Both the position numbers and the translations under genes were made by a program. Positions 36,924 through 40,858 of a DNA stretch of 40,858 nucleotides are shown one piece after another. This DNA comes from Terriglobales bacterium. Its GTDB lineage: Bacteria > Acidobacteriota > Terriglobia > Terriglobales > Acidobacteriaceae. The stretch lies in the NCBI GenBank assembly GCA_049521535.1, contig JBEKOS010000001.1:1-40858 (forward strand), written 5' to 3'. Positions within the stretch are counted from its first letter, which is position 1. The number at the start of each line of letters is the position of its first letter. Below the pieces are notes generated by a model. That model was not told the DNA's origin and did no database searches. It saw nothing but the letters and a program-made list of their open reading frames with translations.

Positions 36924-38365
36924 TGCGCAGCCTCTTTCTCAGGGTGTTTCTCTCGTTCTGGGTTGCGATGGTGCTGGTCGGGCTGGCCATGGTGGTCACT
37001 TTCTCGATGCAGCGTGATGTCGTGGTGAATCGCTGGCGCACAGGCGTAGGGAGTGCCATCGGAGCATATGCGCAAGGCGCGGCGGATGAATTTGAGCAGC
37101 ACGGCCCTGATAGCTTGGTTCATTTTCTTCAAGGGCTGGAAAGCATCGGGGGTGGATCGCGCGCGGCGTTGCTGGACGCACAGGGAAATCCGGTCATAAC
37201 GCCACTCGGCTCTCACAGTCCACGAAACCTGGTGGACAAGGCGTTGCGTAGTGGCCAGCTTGAATTTCGCGATAACAGCGACTCCAGCCCCGAGCCATAC
37301 GCTGCACAACGGGTCACCAGCCGGTCAGGACATACTTATGTGCTGATATTACACAGAGTACCCGGCTTTTATAGTTATCACCTTAGTGCCAGCATGGAAG
37401 TTCTGCGCTGGACAATGGCAATAGTCATTTCTGGTCTGATTTGCCTTTTGCTTACTCGTCACTTGACCATGCCCATTCTTCGCCTGGGAATGGCTGCCCG
37501 CCAGCTCGCCGCTGGCGACTTGGGCGCGCGTGCGCCTGTCCCCGGAAATCGAAGTGATGAAATCGGGGTCATGGTGCAGGATTTCAATCGTATGGCAGAG
37601 CGCATTGAAGGCCTCGTCAATAGTCAGAGACAACTTATCAGCGATATTTCCCACGAACTCCGTTCGCCTCTGGCGCGTTTGAGTGTAGCGCTTGGCCTGG
37701 CGCGCCAACGTGCCGGCACAGGGGCTGCCGCACCCCTCGACCGTATTGAACGCGAAGCGGATCAATTGAACGAACTCATCGGCAAACTGCTGACTTTGGC
37801 TCGCCTGGAAACGGCCGCGCTGCCACCGGAACAAAGCTCGGTGGACTTGCAGGAGTTGCTGATGCAAATTGTTGACGACGCGGCTTTCGAAGCGCAGGAG
37901 CGGGGCTGCGATGTTCGCTTGCAGCCTCTGGTGAGCGGTACTAGAAGCTTTCCCGTGCTCGGCAGCGCCGATTTACTTCGCAGTGCGCTGGAAAACGTAA
38001 TTCGGAACGCAGTGCGCTACACCGCGCCCGGAACCGCAGTAGCGATTACGCTTGCGTGCGATGGTCGGTCCGTGGTGGTGCACGTGCGGGATCATGGGCC
38101 CGGCGTGCCGGAGGTGGAACTCGCTAATTTGTTTCGCCCCTTCTACCGCCTGGCGGACGCGAGAGACAGGCAAACAGGGGGAACCGGCCTGGGATTGACG
38201 ATCGCGGAACGCGCGGTGCGTTTACATGGCGGGAGCATTCGCGCCAGCACACTGAAGGGAAACAAAGGCCTTGACGTGGAAATCATCCTTCCGGCCGCAA
38301 GTGAACAAGATGCGAACCGGCAAGGCGCTGAAGTCAGCGGTTTGGAATCAGAAGTCAGGAACTAA
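36923..38365 (+). CDS. sensor histidine kinase, CpxA-like (periplasmic domain, HAMP, HisKA, HATPase)
   Basis: 1-nt overlap with the regulator stop. H-box SHELRSPL, G-box GTGLGLTIA. Confidence 0.9.
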   Translation: MRSLFLRVFLSFWVAMVLVGLAMVVTFSMQRDVVVNRWRTGVGSAIGAYAQGAADEFEQHGPDSLVHFLQGLESIGGGSRAALLDAQGNPVITPLGSHSPRNLVDKALRSGQLEFRDNSDSSPEPYAAQRVTSRSGHTYVLILHRVPGFYSYHLSASMEVLRWTMAIVISGLICLLLTRHLTMPILRLGMAARQLAAGDLGARAPVPGNRSDEIGVMVQDFNRMAERIEGLVNSQRQLISDISHELRSPLARLSVALGLARQRAGTGAAAPLDRIEREADQLNELIGKLLTLARLETAALPPEQSSVDLQELLMQIVDDAAFEAQERGCDVRLQPLVSGTRSFPVLGSADLLRSALENVIRNAVRYTAPGTAVAITLACDGRSVVVHVRDHGPGVPEVELANLFRPFYRLADARDRQTGGTGLGLTIAERAVRLHGGSIRASTLKGNKGLDVEIILPAASEQDANRQGAEVSGLESEVRN

Positions 38366-38589
38366 GGCGATTGAACTTGGAAGAATCGGGAGAATCACCG
38401 CCCGCCGGGTCTATATGCCCACTCGCGAGTACCGAGGCTGGATCGTTTAAGCTGCGCGGCTCGCTTCCGGAATGAGTATTTCTTGCCTCAGGTGCGATCG
38501 CGCCATGGTGTCGGCGAAGCCCCTGCTGTTTCAAGGCACTTCATCTCAGTTAGACTCTAAGAAGGCACTTTGCATGCGGCAACAGTGAC

Positions 38590-39279
38590 GTGCGCGAGGC
38601 GCCGGAATCGATCGACTGGATTCATCGAGAACTTGTCGTGCCGGAAACCATAGTGAAGCAGAGCCTTGGACAGTCGTCCAACACCGCACCGTCCGAAACC
38701 GAAAGGCTGCAATTAGCTGTCCGTAGATTATGGCCTGAGTTGGAGTGGATCGAGAATTCTCAGGTGCGCCTCGCGGTTGAGCAAACGTGGATGCGAGCAC
38801 TAGAGCTTAGCCCGCTCAAACCCGAGGATCTCGACCATATACCTTTTACCCTTTTGGTACCTAATTGTCCGACTACGTTCATGGAGCACAAGCGATGTGT
38901 GGTCCATATCGCCCGTCGCTCAGCAGAAGCCATGCGCGAGTTCATGGGTGAAGCGCTCAAGATCCAAATCGATACGGTCATTGCAGGCGCCATTCTTGCT
39001 GATGTCGGTAAACTGCTCGAATACGAACACGGCGCCGATGGCAAGACGGTACAAAGCGAGCGCGGGGAATTATTGCGACATCCATTCACCGGTGTTGCCT
39101 TGGCGATGGAATCAGGTGTTCCCGACGAGGTATGCCATATAATCGCGGCACACGCGGCAGAGGGTGACCTCGTCAAACGTAGCACGGAGGCGTATATCGT
39201 CCACCACGCCGATTTCATGGCGTATCTGCCTTTCAAAAATCCGAGAAACCTGATAAGCAGTGCGGCTGGCCGCCGCTAA
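38590..39279 (+). CDS. HD-superfamily domain protein with a variant HD motif
   Basis: EHKRCVVHIARRS...AILADVGK...HPFTG...AAHAAEGD...VHHADF. An Ala sits where the His of the HD dyad is expected. The start (GTG 38590) is uncertain. Confidence 0.6.
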   Translation: MREAPESIDWIHRELVVPETIVKQSLGQSSNTAPSETERLQLAVRRLWPELEWIENSQVRLAVEQTWMRALELSPLKPEDLDHIPFTLLVPNCPTTFMEHKRCVVHIARRSAEAMREFMGEALKIQIDTVIAGAILADVGKLLEYEHGADGKTVQSERGELLRHPFTGVALAMESGVPDEVCHIIAAHAAEGDLVKRSTEAYIVHHADFMAYLPFKNPRNLISSAAGRR

Positions 39280-39323
39280 GTCTTGGGAAGCACTAGGTCG
39301 TAGACAGAATTCTGGAGAGAGAG

Positions 39324-40721
39324 ATGTCTGGTGCAATTGCGGTTAAGAAGAAAGAACCCATTACCGCCAGAATGGCGCAATGGGCTGCAGGCGTTCGCTT
39401 TGAGGACCTTTCAGCGGATGCGGTTCAGCAATGCAAGCGCTTTCTGTTGGATTCGCTGGGCTGCGCCCTGGGCGGATACCGCGTCCATGATGTTCGCATC
39501 GCGCTCGAGGTACTTGATGAAATAGCGGGAAACGGGCATTGCACAGTGATCGGAAGCGGCAAACGCGTGGACGCACCATCTGCAGCGCTCGCCAATGCTC
39601 TTATGATTCGCTGCATGGATTATAACGACATTTATTGGAAGCAGGATCCGTCGCACCCCTCCGATATTTTTCCAGCGGCGTTGGCCGGTTGTGAGCGTGC
39701 GGGCAGTGATGGCCGCGAACTCATGATAGGTCTGGCTCTGGGCCACGAATTTGAGATGCGGTTCTGCGAGGCGGCCTTTCCCGGAATCCGTGAGCGCGGC
39801 TGGCACCACGCCACGCTAACAGCATTCGTTTCCCCCATCGTGGCCGGACGTATGCTGCACTTGAACTGGGAGCAAATCCAGCATGCCATTGGTATCTCTG
39901 CCAGCGCTCGCGTGAGCCTCGGGGCAGTAACCGCCGGCAAGCTGACGATGATGAAGAACACGGTGGATCCGATGGCAACCCAATCAGGCGTACTCGCCGC
40001 GTTGCTTGCCGAGAAGGGTTATACGGGACCCGAACATGTCGTGGACGGCAAGGAAGGTCTCACTCATTGCTTTGGCCCGAATTGGAATTTGGATGCATTG
40101 ACGGATGGACTGGGAGATTCCTGGCGTATAACGCAATGCGGCATGAAAGCCTTCCCCACGGAGGCTCTTACTCATACTCCAATTAGTGCGGTGCTCGATC
40201 TAGTGCGCGAGCATGAATTGACGCCGGAACAGGTCGAACGAGTTCAGATCCGGTCCCTGGCACGAGCAGCGGACATTCTGGCCGACCCCAGCAAGTACGA
40301 TCCCCGCAGCAAAGAGACCGCTGACCACTCACTGCCGTATGTGATTGCGGCGGCACTTGTTGATCGCCAGGTGACACCGCTGCAATTCACGGAGGCTAGG
40401 ATCAATGACCCAAGACTCAGGGCTCAGTTGCGCAAAGTAGAGGTGCTTGCCGATCCGGAGATCGAGAAAGTGTTTCCAGCAATGCAAAGAGTTATTGTGA
40501 CCATCCATACAACCTCGGGCAGAGAGTTCCAAAAGCAATTGGATTTCCCAAAAGGTGATCCAAGGAATCCATTGTCTGACAATGAAATCGAAAGTAAATT
40601 TAAAGCTTTAGCTGATGAGACGTTATCAGTATCTGCACAAGAAAATGTGCAGGACATGATTTGGAACTTGGAAAAGCTAGAGTCGGTATCGAGATTGATG
40701 CAATCATTGAAAGCGGATTGA
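39324..40721 (+). CDS. MmgE/PrpD family protein (2-methylcitrate dehydratase-like)
   Basis: 465 aa with the typical N-terminus (RFEDLSADAVQQCKRFLLDSLGCALGG) and family length. Confidence 0.88.
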   Translation: MSGAIAVKKKEPITARMAQWAAGVRFEDLSADAVQQCKRFLLDSLGCALGGYRVHDVRIALEVLDEIAGNGHCTVIGSGKRVDAPSAALANALMIRCMDYNDIYWKQDPSHPSDIFPAALAGCERAGSDGRELMIGLALGHEFEMRFCEAAFPGIRERGWHHATLTAFVSPIVAGRMLHLNWEQIQHAIGISASARVSLGAVTAGKLTMMKNTVDPMATQSGVLAALLAEKGYTGPEHVVDGKEGLTHCFGPNWNLDALTDGLGDSWRITQCGMKAFPTEALTHTPISAVLDLVREHELTPEQVERVQIRSLARAADILADPSKYDPRSKETADHSLPYVIAAALVDRQVTPLQFTEARINDPRLRAQLRKVEVLADPEIEKVFPAMQRVIVTIHTTSGREFQKQLDFPKGDPRNPLSDNEIESKFKALADETLSVSAQENVQDMIWNLEKLESVSRLMQSLKAD

Positions 40722-40784
40722 GCTTCCGAACTCACGATGTCGTCCAAGATGCCCAAGTCTTCACGATGAACCTCGAATAAGTCC

Positions 40785-40858
40785 ATGTCTCAAACCATCG
40801 TAGAAAAACTCGCGCAAGCTCACGGTGCAGGAGGGCCAGGTCGCCATTGGCGCGCTGG
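40785..40858 (+). CDS. 5' fragment of a possible aconitase-family/3-isopropylmalate dehydratase large-subunit-like gene
   Basis: MSQTIVEKLAQAHG... resembles the LeuC/aconitase N-terminus. Only 24 codons are present. Confidence 0.35.
   Translation, partial: MSQTIVEKLAQAHGAGGPGRHWRA

Overview
This is a 40.9 kb bacterial chromosomal segment. It is GC-rich, so there are many long shadow ORFs. Gene content (hopanoid-type HpnE/HpnK-like genes, HD-GYP, secreted subtilases, sigma54-type promoters) suggests an Acidobacteriota-like organism, but that is inference only. Most of the window is housekeeping. On the + strand: nadE, ftsY, ribD, CIRCE-groES-groEL, a Memo-like gene, a CpxR/CpxA-like two-component pair, an HD-domain gene and an MmgE/PrpD gene. 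On the - strand there is one long co-directional block: response regulator, YdjC/HpnK-like deacetylase, rimO, yacG, pgpA, an IPT/beta-propeller gene, cinA, thpR, plsY, gpsA, mobA and an ABC ATPase. The accessory-looking part is about 4.5-12.8 kb. It holds a tandemly duplicated two-gene cassette on the - strand: a secreted S8 subtilase with an unusual C-terminal Trp-Gly repeat tail, followed by a stand-alone ~6-TM membrane protein of no family I recognise. Each copy is preceded by the same regulatory architecture: a sigma54 -24/-12 element, an IHF-consensus site and a TTGGGAC-N5-GTCCCA(A/C) palindrome plus an extra half-site. Cassette 1 also carries a small secreted ORF. A dCache-HAMP-HD-GYP gene is divergent from cassette 2, and a 47-aa secreted His/Lys-rich mini-protein follows it. 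This sigma54-driven subtilase/membrane-protein module is my best candidate for an undescribed system. Other points are a CpxP/Spy-like gene divergent from the CpxRA-like pair with a perfect GTAAA-N5-GTAAA box, a beta-lactamase-fold::NamZ(DUF1343) fusion next to a murQ pseudogene with three lesions, an orphan nuoI and an orphan AmmeMemoRadiSam-B gene. I found no rRNA, tRNA, CRISPR array or IS/transposase.
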